DNA of 44,571 bases from a virus (IMGVR_UViG_3300010358_000001:1-44571); one strand, 5' to 3'. Positions 17,342 through 26,697 are shown, numbered from the stretch's first letter. The notes: generated by a model from the letters alone, not told the origin. Numbers and translations: made by a program.

Positions 17342-19419
17342 TAGGGCATTCCCGCCTGCACGTTGCCGGGCAGCGGTGACAGGCGATTCACGTACGCGGG
17401 GTTGGACAGGCCACCGCCGTTCGGCGGCGTGGGGGACCCAGGCGGCTGCCCGCCGAGAGCGCCCAGCGGGCCCTGCATGTTGGGCGATGCGGCCGCAGAC
17501 GCCGCCGCCTGAGCTTGCTCCTGCTCGTGTTCTTGGATGTGCTGGGTGAGCAGCTGCACGAAGGCGTCCATGCCGGGCACCAGCTGCGCGGCGGCGAGCG
17601 CGGAGTCGTGGATCGCGATGTGCACGCTGGCGTCGTCGGAGGGATGCGTCTGCACCGGCACCCCGCGCGCCATCAGCATGTTCTCGTTCTCCGCCAGGCG
17701 GCCCTGCACGTCGGATGGGGAGTCCGGGATCGGCAGTGCCTTGCCCGCGGCCAGCGAGTCGTACAGCCACTTCAGCTCCAGCGGCTGCGAGCTGGACACG
17801 CCGCGGTCGAAGAGATCGAAGATCTTCTGCACCTCGGCCGCCTGGTTCTTGGGAACCGGGGCGCCGGTGCCGACCTCGACGAGGATCGACGCGGGCAGGT
17901 CGTTGCTGTTGAACACGAACGCCTCGACAAGGTGGTTCTGCCCGGCCAGCTGGATCTGCTTGTTGGGCGGCCAGTACTGGCGGATGTCCTCCAGGGTGAG
18001 CTTCACGAGGCTGGCGATCTCGGAGCGGATCGCCTTCAGGATGGGGCCCACGCGGCGGTCGTCCTGCTCGGCGAGGAGCGCCATCGCGGAGTACGCGCTG
18101 ACGCCGCCCGGCGTGGTTCCCAGCGACACCTCGCCGGTGCCTGCCACCTTGTCCATGTCGAGGTCGTGCATCTCCACGTCCTCTTTGATCCACGGACCGA
18201 CGCCGGTGCCCTGCGTCTCCTGCGGGTAGTCGTGGCCCTGCCGGACGTTGATGATCTCCATCACCTTGCCCTCCGGCATGGAGGCGATCTCCAGCGAGCC
18301 GGGGCGGGCGTAGATGCGGCCCAGGCCGCCGCGGTCCTTCATCTCGATGTACTGCGAGCGGGAGCGGTTGCGTTCGCGTTGCGGCCCGAGCAGGGGCTCC
18401 ACGACGCCGACCGCCCAGAAGCGGTTGGGGATGCGGTGGTACTTGAAGAAGCGCACGCCGTGTGTCCAGCAGCCGTCGACGACGTAGGGCAGCCTGTCCT
18501 GGGAGTTCAGCAGCTGCTCCTGCGTCCACCACACGGTGCGTCCCTGGGGGAACTGCTGGGTGGGCATCTGGTAGCCGGTGGAGACCAGCGTCTGCCCCTT
18601 CAGCTTGATCGGGTTGCCCTCGCTGTCGGTGCCACCCACCGCCTGCTGGTCGGTGGACACCATGCTCTGCGCGGGCACCCGCTTGCCGAACATATCGAGC
18701 ACCTTGTTCACGTCCACGGGGCGGTCCAGGATCAGCCACGGGAAGTTGCGCTCGTTCTCGATCCCCGGCGGCGGCACCACGTTGAACGGGGACAGTGGCT
18801 CCCAGCACAGCTTCCCCGAGTAGCCGGGCTGCATCTGCGCCTGCGTCCCGTTCTGCACCGCCTGGGACACCTGATCGTACGCCTGCGGGCCCTGCATCAT
18901 CTGCCCGTTCTGGTCCATCGGCTGCATCCCCATGTACGAGCCCTGCGTGGGGTCGAAGCGGCACTGGATGCCCGACGTGCCGTACGCGCACATCTTGAGC
19001 AGCGTCTCGAAGATGCGGTCCTCGGCCTCCAGCTCCTCGGTCCAGCAGTACTCCACCGCGCGGTTGGCCTGCGAGGCGAACTCGATGGAGCGGATGTCGT
19101 CCTCGCGGAAGAACAGCTGGGGGCGGAAGTCGTCAGTGGCGAGCTTGCCCGCGATCGTCCAGTAGTACTGGGTGATCACGTTCACCACGTAGCGCTCGCG
19201 GTTCGCCGGGTTGGCGAGGTTCATCACCCGCTGCGTGCGCTTGTCCCAGCCCACCCACTGCTTGTTGGCGAGGTAGGAGCGGCACAGCTGCCAGTCCGCC
19301 TCGTAGCGTTTGCGGTCCTGCAGTCCCTGCTTGCGGCGGTCCAGCCAGATCTGCAGCGCGGGGTCGACGTTGCTCTGCGAGACAACCGCGTCGGGGTTGC
19401 GGTAGGGGACGACGCTCAC
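17341..19419 (-). CDS. Portal protein
   Basis: 692 aa downstream of terL; N.I, PLSPFNV..PP, FW..G.VE.L..PQ...N..RS motifs of podovirus-type portals. Confidence 0.85.
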   Translation of the reverse strand: MSVVPYRNPDAVVSQSNVDPALQIWLDRRKQGLQDRKRYEADWQLCRSYLANKQWVGWDKRTQRVMNLANPANRERYVVNVITQYYWTIAGKLATDDFRPQLFFREDDIRSIEFASQANRAVEYCWTEELEAEDRIFETLLKMCAYGTSGIQCRFDPTQGSYMGMQPMDQNGQMMQGPQAYDQVSQAVQNGTQAQMQPGYSGKLCWEPLSPFNVVPPPGIENERNFPWLILDRPVDVNKVLDMFGKRVPAQSMVSTDQQAVGGTDSEGNPIKLKGQTLVSTGYQMPTQQFPQGRTVWWTQEQLLNSQDRLPYVVDGCWTHGVRFFKYHRIPNRFWAVGVVEPLLGPQRERNRSRSQYIEMKDRGGLGRIYARPGSLEIASMPEGKVMEIINVRQGHDYPQETQGTGVGPWIKEDVEMHDLDMDKVAGTGEVSLGTTPGGVSAYSAMALLAEQDDRRVGPILKAIRSEIASLVKLTLEDIRQYWPPNKQIQLAGQNHLVEAFVFNSNDLPASILVEVGTGAPVPKNQAAEVQKIFDLFDRGVSSSQPLELKWLYDSLAAGKALPIPDSPSDVQGRLAENENMLMARGVPVQTHPSDDASVHIAIHDSALAAAQLVPGMDAFVQLLTQHIQEHEQEQAQAAASAAASPNMQGPLGALGGQPPGSPTPPNGGGLSNPAYVNRLSPLPGNVQAGMP

Positions 19420-19634
19420 CCGAACGCCCCGTCGTCAGGGAACGCCTCGTCGGCCATCGTCAGCCGCTCGTCGGGCGTCCGGGTGACCATCGGCTCAGGC
19501 ATCGGCGGCGGCGTCCACGGGTTGCCCGCGAGCAGCATGATGCGGTCGAGCAGCGTCTTGCGCTCGGCCTCCCACGCCTGGCGCTCGCGCTCGTGCTCGC
19601 GAACAGCCCGCTCGTACGCGCGCCGGTAGAACAC
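19416..19634 (-). CDS. Hypothetical protein
   Basis: 72-aa ORF coupled to the portal start. Confidence 0.55.
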   Translation of the reverse strand: MFYRRAYERAVREHERERQAWEAERKTLLDRIMLLAGNPWTPPPMPEPMVTRTPDERLTMADEAFPDDGAFG

Positions 19635-19937
19635 CTACTTCGTCTCCTCCGACGCGGCCTCCTCGGGCGGCGGCACTTCCTCTTCACCGAGGAAGTCCTC
19701 GGCGGGCAGCGGCCGTCCTGCTTGCAGGCTGTCGTGCAGCCACTCCAGCGGCATCGGGCGCACCGCGTTCAGCGAGTTCTCGAAGATCGTCAGGATGTCG
19801 TGCACGGACGAGGCGAGCGCGGAGTCGATGTACGTGTACTTGCCGTCGTCGTAGATGTGGTCGTTGCCGTTGGCCTTCTCGTCGCCGTTGGCCTTCTCTT
19901 CCTTGTCGGCTTTCTTCGCCTTCGCGGCGGGCATCAC
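19635..19937 (-). CDS. Small acidic protein containing a copy of a portal segment
   Basis: 16/40 ungapped identity to portal residues encoded at 17722-17841. Confidence 0.65.
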   Translation of the reverse strand: MMPAAKAKKADKEEKANGDEKANGNDHIYDDGKYTYIDSALASSVHDILTIFENSLNAVRPMPLEWLHDSLQAGRPLPAEDFLGEEEVPPPEEAASEETK

Positions 19938-20239
19938 GGCCTCCTCAGATAGGTGCTCTGCTTGAGCATTCGATGGTGGTATTCGCGCAGGGCGGGAGGA
20001 TCCATCTGAACGGGGCGCCTCCCCGCTGTGATCCCGATGGCTGTCGAGTCCATGTCACCGCGCCCTGCGCGAATCCTGTTTGAGAGCGACGCCTGCTGGT
20101 TCTGCGAAGCCTGTTTGCGGGTCTCGGGGGCGGTGCGCAGCGACCTGTTGCGGGCGGCCGACTGCATCGGCCCCGTGCTCGGAGGAGCACCGGCGCGAGC
20201 AGCTTTGCGGGCGGCCTTTCCCTGGGACTCATTCAGCAC
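19934..20239 (-). CDS. Basic hypothetical protein
   Basis: 101 aa; overlapping start and stop with neighbours. Confidence 0.5.
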   Translation of the reverse strand: MLNESQGKAARKAARAGAPPSTGPMQSAARNRSLRTAPETRKQASQNQQASLSNRIRAGRGDMDSTAIGITAGRRPVQMDPPALREYHHRMLKQSTYLRRP

Positions 20240-20630
20240 TCTTGCGTGGCCTCCCCGGCTTCGCCTTCAGCTCGGCGTCAGCCTTCACCGTTTCCCCCAA
20301 CCACACTTTGAAATCTTCCCGGCTGACGACCTTGTTGTCGCGCGCATCGGCGAGTTCGTCTTCCAGGATCTGCACGCGGAACAGCAGTTCGCCGCGCTCG
20401 TCGTGGAGCTTGCGCGCCTCCTCAGGGACGATGCAGCCGATCAGGTGGGCCATCTGGGTGACGCACGAGGAGCAGATGTAGACGTGCCCGGTGAAGATCT
20501 CCGCGCCGTGCGCGGTGTTGATCGTCACCTCTTCGATCCTGGTGTCGATGAACGGCCCCGTGTCGGACTTGCACGCCATGCACCACGTCGGCGAGTACGT
20601 CGCGTGCTGCACCAGGTTCAGGTCACCCAT
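20229..20630 (-). CDS. Hypothetical zinc-binding protein
   Basis: CMAC...CSSC plus a coiled coil; directly after terL. Confidence 0.6.
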   Translation of the reverse strand: MGDLNLVQHATYSPTWCMACKSDTGPFIDTRIEEVTINTAHGAEIFTGHVYICSSCVTQMAHLIGCIVPEEARKLHDERGELLFRVQILEDELADARDNKVVSREDFKVWLGETVKADAELKAKPGRPRKSAE

Positions 20631-22061
20631 TCAGCCTCCCATGTACAGGGCTTGCGCGGCCCGTCCCCGGGCTCGTTCGATGAGCCGCTCAGCGTAAACC
20701 TCGCGTAGGTCGTCGGGCCCTGGATCCTCCGGCTCGTGCGGCGTCGGCGGTCGCGACATCACCGCGTAGCGCAGCGCATCGAGGGCGTGGTCGTTGCGTT
20801 TGATGATGTCGTCGGTATCGTCTTTCAACTTCGCGGAGGGCAGCTCGCGGATCAGGTTGCGGCACGTGTTGAAGATGCGCAGCTGCGGCTTGCCGTCGAT
20901 CATCGTGATCAGCATGTCGTCCAGCCGCGCCCACCCTCCCAGCCGTTCGTTCTGAGCTTTCGCGCAGAAGATGCCGCGGTCGGACAGCTCCATCGCCACC
21001 GACTCGTACGTCCCGTGGTGCGCCCAGCACGACGGATCCAGCCACGACACGGAAGGAGCGAGGTTGTGAAGCTCGCGTATCTCCTTGATTTTGCGGGAAT
21101 GCCAGCCGACCCCGTGCTCGGACTCGTAATGCTCGGCGACTACGAACCAATGTCCCTCTGGGCCAATGGCGATCCACAGGCAGCAGAAGGGGTTTTGGTA
21201 TCCGTAATCGATGCCCTCCATAATCTCCCACCAGCTGGGGATCGGGAACGGCTCCGTGACGTGAATGTCCTGATCAAACGCTTTGAAGCGTTTGCCGCCG
21301 AACGCACCCCACTGTCCGAGGATGAAACGCTTGTAGTAATCCGGGTTCGATTTTTCGGTCCGGATACGCGAGGAGAAATACTTGGGGTCTAGGTTCTTCT
21401 GATTGTCCCAGAGGGTCACAGAAATGCGCCGACACCAGGGTTTCTTTGTCTCCTCGTTGACGAAGCGGCGGTGCACCCAGTGGTCCTCAGGGCCCGGGTT
21501 TGCAGCGAGAAGCATCTTGCCCGGGCCCCGAGGGTCTGAGAGACGCCCCAGCAGCTCCTCGTACAGCTGGGCGTCTGCTTCCTCGTCGAGTTCTTCGACC
21601 TGATCGATGAAGGCCGCGTTCAGCGACAGGTTGCGCAGCTTGGCCTTCGCGTCGTCGCGATTCTCCAGGGAACGAAAGAGGATCTCCGCGCCGTTGCGTA
21701 GGTAGATCGTCTCGTCGGAGGCGCGGTACATCTTGACCAATTCCGGTGGGCAGGTGGGCGGCAGATCGCCTTCCCCGCGGAGGAAGACCGCCTGAGTGGA
21801 GTCCCTAAGCTCCCGGTACGTCTTCCGGGCGATCAGATACCGCCCACCATGTGTCCATGCCCAGGCGAGCAGCTTCTTGCACGCCGCCTGCGTCTTGCCG
21901 CCGCGGATCGAGCCGTCGAACAGGATCTCTTCGACGTCGGGATCGTCGCACGCCTGGAAGAACTCGCTCTGGATCGGGGTCGGGCGGAAACCGTCCTCGA
22001 CGCGGAGCGTGTTGCCCTTGCGAGAGACCTTCGTTACGCGGGTTTCGGTGTGCGCCGCCAC
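20631..22061 (-). CDS. terL: Terminase large subunit
   Basis: Walker A GSIRGGKT, Walker B FIDQVEE, AANP, nuclease GIDYG..NP and DHALDALRY. Confidence 0.95.
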   Translation of the reverse strand: MAAHTETRVTKVSRKGNTLRVEDGFRPTPIQSEFFQACDDPDVEEILFDGSIRGGKTQAACKKLLAWAWTHGGRYLIARKTYRELRDSTQAVFLRGEGDLPPTCPPELVKMYRASDETIYLRNGAEILFRSLENRDDAKAKLRNLSLNAAFIDQVEELDEEADAQLYEELLGRLSDPRGPGKMLLAANPGPEDHWVHRRFVNEETKKPWCRRISVTLWDNQKNLDPKYFSSRIRTEKSNPDYYKRFILGQWGAFGGKRFKAFDQDIHVTEPFPIPSWWEIMEGIDYGYQNPFCCLWIAIGPEGHWFVVAEHYESEHGVGWHSRKIKEIRELHNLAPSVSWLDPSCWAHHGTYESVAMELSDRGIFCAKAQNERLGGWARLDDMLITMIDGKPQLRIFNTCRNLIRELPSAKLKDDTDDIIKRNDHALDALRYAVMSRPPTPHEPEDPGPDDLREVYAERLIERARGRAAQALYMGG

Positions 22062-22438
22062 TGCGTCGCCGCGGTCGTCACGTACTCGATCTGGGTGACT
22101 TCCTGCTGCACCTCTTGGCGCTGCGTCGGCCTACCCCACTTGTGCTCCAGCAGCATCTTCGCGGCGGCCTGCGCGATGCGCTCGTCGTCGGACTCCAGCT
22201 GCGCCTCCAGCACCTCGATGGCGCGCGGCTCCAGGCGGGACAGCTCCTGCTCGCGCTCGGCCTTGGTGGGGAACTTGGGCGGGATCGGGCGCCGCGGTGT
22301 GGTGCGCTCGACCTCTTTGCGCTTCATCTCCTTCTTGGCGAGCCACTTGATGCGGCCTTCCTCCAGCGCCTTCAGGTGCTCGGGGGTCGGCCTGTACGTG
22401 CGCCGCTGCGGGGTCAGCTCAACCGGCTCGTCAGCCAC
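22034..22438 (-). CDS. terS: Probable terminase small subunit
   Basis: Immediately upstream of terL; AAAKMLLEHKWGRPTQ C-terminal motif. Confidence 0.6.
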   Translation of the reverse strand: MADEPVELTPQRRTYRPTPEHLKALEEGRIKWLAKKEMKRKEVERTTPRRPIPPKFPTKAEREQELSRLEPRAIEVLEAQLESDDERIAQAAAKMLLEHKWGRPTQRQEVQQEVTQIEYVTTAATQWRRTPKPA

Positions 22439-22466
22439 GGGGAGATCGTACTGCGTCGATCTGACA

Positions 22467-24824
22467 TCAGCCGCCCATGCCGCGCTTCTTGCGGGAGCGG
22501 CGCAGCTTGTTGCGGAGCTTGCGCGGGATCCGCGTGCCGGGCGTCTTCGGCGTGGTCTCGGGAAGCTGGCCCTGGCGCAGGTCGATGCCCGCGTTCTTCA
22601 TCATCTGCATGATCTCGTCGGGGCCGGGCGGCGAGATCGGGTGGGCCGCCTTCGCACCCGCCTGCTCGGTCGCCGCTTCCATCATTCCCTTGTACAGCAG
22701 CGGATCAGCTTGCTCTGGACCCATCGGGTGCTTGCCGCGGCCGAGGATCGTTTCCGGCGCCCCGATCTGCATCGGCTTGTTGCGGCCGCCAGGCTTGATG
22801 CGCGCCTGCGGCTCGATCTGCTTGCTGATCGCGCGCCACACGCCACGCACGTTAGGGGCGATGTCGAAGGGACCGAACCCGGGAGCGTCGGGCAGCGGCC
22901 CCTGGTAGCCGAAGCGAGGGCTTTTGCCGGGGTATCCGGCGCCGGTCTGCCCCTGGCGGAGGCGCTGCTGGAACGTCTGTTTGGAGCGCAGCGTCTCGGC
23001 GGGGATCTCGGTGCCCAGACCGCGCTCCTTGGCGACCATCCACATGCGGTTGACGTTGGTCTGGATCGCCTCCATCGCCCCCTCCGGCGACCATCCGGCC
23101 TGCCGCAGCCCGTCGTACATGCGCTTGTAGATCTGCGGCTCGTAGAACTGGGTGGCCTCCGGTGGGCGCCGCTGGTAGTAGGAGATCGGCACGTTCTGGC
23201 GGCTCATCGGGGCGAGGAACTCCTTGGGCGGGACCGGCTCGATGTTGGAATGCGGGCCGGTGCCGAGTGGCTCGCCTTTGCCCTTGCCGCCCCACGAGAT
23301 GAAGCCGGGCGGCAGCGGCTTGCGAGCGGGCCCGGGCCGGAACGCCTCGGGGCCGATCACACCGCCGGGGAAGCGCGCCTCGGGGTTCAGCTGCGGCATC
23401 TTCGCGTACTCGGGGCCGAGTGGCTGCGGGTACAAGCTGGGGTTCTGCCGTAGCTCCAACCAGGGGTCCTGGGAGCTGCCCATGCGGCGCCGCAGGTTGA
23501 GTTCCGTGTTGGCCTGCACGTTGGCGTCGCGGTGCGCTTCGAAGGACTTTCGGAACTGGCTCTCCAGCATCCCGTGGGCTTGCTTCGTCTTGCTTATGAA
23601 GCGGGAGAAGCTCTGCGGCGTGACCTTCTGGCCGGGGTACATGTCGCCGCCCAGAGCGTCCTGTAGCCGCGTCTGCTGGGTGCCGATCTGGTTCGCGAGG
23701 TCGTGCCAGAACCCCATCGTGGCCGGGTCGCCGGTGGTGGACTCCATGAAGCGGGCGTGCGTGTACAGGTGGTTGGCGGCGAGCAGGCTGTTGCGCGCCG
23801 CCGACGCGGCGTCCTTCGCGGCCTGCGGCTGGACCGCCTTGAGCAGCCCGCGAGCGTGCATTTGCCACACCGGGTCGACTCGCTCGTGCAGCGCCTGCGC
23901 CTTCAGCATGTGCTCCTCGGTGGCGCGCGCCCACTGCCCCATGCCTTCCGTGTACTGGCCGGGGGTGATGATCCCCTGCTGCAACCCCGTGGGATGCAGC
24001 CGTTGTTCGGCGGTGCGCAGCGGGTGCGTCAGCCACTGCTTGCCGACCTGCAGCGGTCCCTCCACGGAGCCCACAGCCAGATCGCGCGGCAGCAGGCCCA
24101 GCTGGATGCCGAGGTTGAGGGCGTGGCTGCCGGTGTGCGGCACACCGTGCAGGACGTCGATGCGGCGGCCGGTGGGACGCATCCCCGGAGCGGCGACGCC
24201 GTGCGGAAGGGCGGCACCGAACGCGGTGCGGCGTGGCGGAGATGGGGCGAGGCCCCCGGCGAAGCGGCGGCCGGGTGTGGCCGTCTTGTCCACCGGCTCG
24301 CTGAACCCGGCGCGGGGCAGCAGGCCGCCCAGCGCGTGCTCGAAGCTGAAGGCGAGCGGGAACTCGCGCACGGCGCGCGGCGCCGTCACGTCGCCGAGCC
24401 CGACGTCGCCGCCAGGGCCTTTCTGGCGCAGCGCAGCGAGCGGGTGCTGGGTCGCTTTGTACAAGCTGTACCCGGCCAGCCCCAGACCGGCGGGGATGCG
24501 TGTCTCGGGGAGCAGGAAGGGCGCCGCTTCGGTGCCCGCGATGAGGGTTTTGGCGATCGGCCCGGCGATGTCGGAGGTGGCTTTCGTGCGCTTGCGTAAC
24601 GCAAGGTTGTGTACGACGTCGAGAGGCGTCACCCGCGGCCCGGCGGTGGGCCTCCCGTACGTGGGGGTGGTGTACTGCCCGCCGCCGCGCGCCTGCCCGC
24701 GGGTCTGCTCGGTGACGATGGGAGTCGCTCTATTAGTTACACGCGCGCGCGCGCGAGGGCGCGCGTGTGTACCTCCGTATGTCTGTCCGCCGCCGTGCTC
24801 TCCCATCGGGGCGCGTCGTGCCAC
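22467..24824 (-). CDS. Large basic Pro/Gly/Arg-rich hypothetical protein (possible virion protein)
   Basis: 785-aa ORF; N-terminus resembles that of the 1199-aa ejection protein. Confidence 0.6.
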   Translation of the reverse strand: MARRAPMGEHGGGQTYGGTHARPRARARVTNRATPIVTEQTRGQARGGGQYTTPTYGRPTAGPRVTPLDVVHNLALRKRTKATSDIAGPIAKTLIAGTEAAPFLLPETRIPAGLGLAGYSLYKATQHPLAALRQKGPGGDVGLGDVTAPRAVREFPLAFSFEHALGGLLPRAGFSEPVDKTATPGRRFAGGLAPSPPRRTAFGAALPHGVAAPGMRPTGRRIDVLHGVPHTGSHALNLGIQLGLLPRDLAVGSVEGPLQVGKQWLTHPLRTAEQRLHPTGLQQGIITPGQYTEGMGQWARATEEHMLKAQALHERVDPVWQMHARGLLKAVQPQAAKDAASAARNSLLAANHLYTHARFMESTTGDPATMGFWHDLANQIGTQQTRLQDALGGDMYPGQKVTPQSFSRFISKTKQAHGMLESQFRKSFEAHRDANVQANTELNLRRRMGSSQDPWLELRQNPSLYPQPLGPEYAKMPQLNPEARFPGGVIGPEAFRPGPARKPLPPGFISWGGKGKGEPLGTGPHSNIEPVPPKEFLAPMSRQNVPISYYQRRPPEATQFYEPQIYKRMYDGLRQAGWSPEGAMEAIQTNVNRMWMVAKERGLGTEIPAETLRSKQTFQQRLRQGQTGAGYPGKSPRFGYQGPLPDAPGFGPFDIAPNVRGVWRAISKQIEPQARIKPGGRNKPMQIGAPETILGRGKHPMGPEQADPLLYKGMMEAATEQAGAKAAHPISPPGPDEIMQMMKNAGIDLRQGQLPETTPKTPGTRIPRKLRNKLRRSRKKRGMGG
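24734..24759 (+). repeat. 26-bp inverted repeat, copy A: TAGTTACA(CG)7AGGG
   Basis: Exact reverse complement of 30636-30661. Confidence 0.9.
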
Positions 24825-24839
24825 GGCTTCGGAGAATAG

Positions 24840-24898
24840 AGAGCCCGTCGGTCAACCTGATCCCAAAGGGAGGGAAAAACGATCAGCCGACGGGCTCT
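24840..24898 (-). ncRNA. Candidate anti-RBS stem-loop sRNA
   Basis: 12+6 bp stem; minus-strand loop GTTTTTCCCTCCCTTTGG is complementary to the recurrent CAAAGGGAGGG RBS motif; expression not shown. Confidence 0.5.
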
Positions 24899-24923
24899 GC
24901 TTCGTGAGCTAGATGCTCCGTCC

Positions 24924-25082
24924 CTATCTTAACGCCGGGTCGTGCGCGTGCATCGCCAGGTAGTAGGAGATCGCGTGGCGCACGACGATGGACAGGTTCA
25001 CTTCACGCCGCGCTGCCAGGGCTTCCAGCCGAGCCTTCGTCTGCGGGTCGATCCTCACCGTTACGCTCGTCGAGTCCGCCAT
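24924..25082 (-). CDS. Ribbon-helix-helix (CopG-like) regulator
   Basis: MADSTSVTVRIDPQTKARLEALAARREVNLSIVVRHAISYYL (52 aa, below the ORF-track cutoff); GGAGG upstream. Confidence 0.75.
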   Translation of the reverse strand: MADSTSVTVRIDPQTKARLEALAARREVNLSIVVRHAISYYLAMHAHDPALR

Positions 25083-25338
25083 CGTCATCACCTTCCTCCG
25101 TGGCGAGGCCGGGGATCATCACGTACGCCGAGCCGTGCATCATCACCGTGGCGAGGTCGTCCATCGACAGCTCGTCGAGTTGCGCGTTGTCCTGCGCGAC
25201 GATGACGCTCGCCACGTCGTCGCCGCCCTTGTCGACGGTGCCGTGCTGGGAGACCATCAGGTCCCCCAGCGCGGTGAGCAGCATGTCGTGGTCGGGGATC
25301 TTCCCCGAGTCGAGGATGTAGATGACGTACACCCTCAT
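25003..25338 (-). CDS. Hypothetical protein
   Basis: Start overlaps the upstream stop (ATGA). Confidence 0.5.
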   Translation of the reverse strand: MRVYVIYILDSGKIPDHDMLLTALGDLMVSQHGTVDKGGDDVASVIVAQDNAQLDELSMDDLATVMMHGSAYVMIPGLATEEGDDDGGLDERNGEDRPADEGSAGSPGSAA

Positions 25339-25832
25339 CGCTCCAGCTCGGCGATCGCGTTGTCGATGGCGGCCAGCACCCCCTCCTTCGTGGACAGCTC
25401 ATCGTCATTCATGCGGGCGACGGCTGCAATCACGTGCTCGTTGGAGTGCTGCTCGATGTTGTTGGCCGTGAGGATCAGCCGGGCGGCCCGCTCGATGCGC
25501 TGCGTGGCCGACTTCGTGGCGGGGAAGCCCACCTTGTACGAGGCGGCCTGCAGGGCGCCGCTCATGCACCACGCGGCGGCGTGCGGCGAGTCGGCCTCCA
25601 CAGGATTGCCGCTCTCGTCGACGGCGATCTCGTGGTGCACCCACCCCGCCTCCAGCAGAATGCGCGCCTCGCGCAGGGTCTGCAGGGTGTAGTCGGCATT
25701 CGACTTCTGGTTGGGCTGGCGGCGCGGCGGCCCCTCGCCGGGCTTGCGCCGCACGATCTTGGTGCGTGTGTCCTGCTGCCGCTCCAGGATGGAGAGCAGC
25801 CGGTCAACCGGTGTTGACGCCATTCTTCTCAC
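25335..25832 (-). CDS. DUF6197-like hypothetical protein
   Basis: L..AR.LL..GW...WC..GAL...ND....T...V....D.AI pattern. Confidence 0.6.
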   Translation of the reverse strand: MRRMASTPVDRLLSILERQQDTRTKIVRRKPGEGPPRRQPNQKSNADYTLQTLREARILLEAGWVHHEIAVDESGNPVEADSPHAAAWCMSGALQAASYKVGFPATKSATQRIERAARLILTANNIEQHSNEHVIAAVARMNDDELSTKEGVLAAIDNAIAELER

Positions 25833-26142
25833 CTCTTCGTGTCTTGATTTCGTTCACCCACTGCTTGCGCACTCCGGGGCGCTCCAGGAACGCGACCGGG
25901 TTCTTGTAGATGTCCCCGTATGTGCTGCTGAGCACGAACATCCCGTCGGCGAAGTCGCCGTACAGCTGGCCGAGCACGCAGCGGTTGCCGCACTCCATGT
26001 CCAGCTTGCGCGGGTTCACCTTGTGCGCCCACCCCGGGTACACCTCGTCGAGCATGGCCGCCTTCTCGACCACGGCGCGCTCGTTGGTGGTGGGGGTCTC
26101 CGGCATGAAGCCGGGGATCGTGGGCAGTCGGTACTTCAGCAT
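25804..26142 (-). CDS. Hypothetical protein
   Basis: LDEVYPGW...LDM.....CVLGQLYG motif; GGAGG RBS. Confidence 0.65.
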   Translation of the reverse strand: MLKYRLPTIPGFMPETPTTNERAVVEKAAMLDEVYPGWAHKVNPRKLDMECGNRCVLGQLYGDFADGMFVLSSTYGDIYKNPVAFLERPGVRKQWVNEIKTRRGEKNGVNTG

Positions 26143-26151
26143 TGCTTCCTC

Positions 26152-26445
26152 CTACTCGTTGCTGTTCTGGCCGTAGCGCACGTACACCTTCCCCACGCCG
26201 TCGACGAGGACGGTGCGCACGTCCCACGTGCCGGGCGGCAGCTTGCCGCGCTTGTACGCCTTGCGCAGCAGGCTCCCGGCGTTGGAGGCCGCCTTCGGCT
26301 TCTCCTCGTAGCGCCGGATGCACGCCCAGTAGCCGGGCCGCTGCATGACGATCGACAGCACCTCGGTGTACCACGGGTCGCGACCGGTCGGGCCTGGCCG
26401 CCCCTCGGGCGGCTCTTCCCAGATCACTTCGATACCGTTACTCAC
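26152..26445 (-). CDS. Hypothetical protein
   Basis: WEEPP...RPG.WA...VYVRY motif; strong RBS CAAAGGGAGGAGG. Confidence 0.65.
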   Translation of the reverse strand: MSNGIEVIWEEPPEGRPGPTGRDPWYTEVLSIVMQRPGYWACIRRYEEKPKAASNAGSLLRKAYKRGKLPPGTWDVRTVLVDGVGKVYVRYGQNSNE

Positions 26446-26469
26446 TCTCACCTCCTCCCTTTGTACGAC

Positions 26470-26480
26470 ATTGTACCACA
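26470..26480 (-). promoter_or_regulatory. Extended -10 promoter
   Basis: TGTGGTACAAT (TGnTACAAT) just upstream of the RBS of the 26445 operon. Confidence 0.55.
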
Positions 26481-26697
26481 TTTCCCTAGGGAGAGGAGGA
26501 GGAGGGCCTCGCAACCGCCGGGTAGCCAGGCCCTCCTGTGACCGGAGCCGCCAGGCCCCCGGTCGAACATACATGCTACCCTCCGGGGGTTCCAAGCGCC
26601 AGGACGTGGGGCGTGGGCTACCAGCTGTAACGGCCACTGCCCCGTACCGGGGTGATCCCGTGCGCTCCACGTCCGGCACCACGGTTACTCTCCGCTC

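Noticed and set aside
17342-18991. N-terminal 550 aa of the 779-aa ORF 16652..18991
   Set aside because: Out-of-frame overlap with the portal; the LamG gene more plausibly starts at 17341
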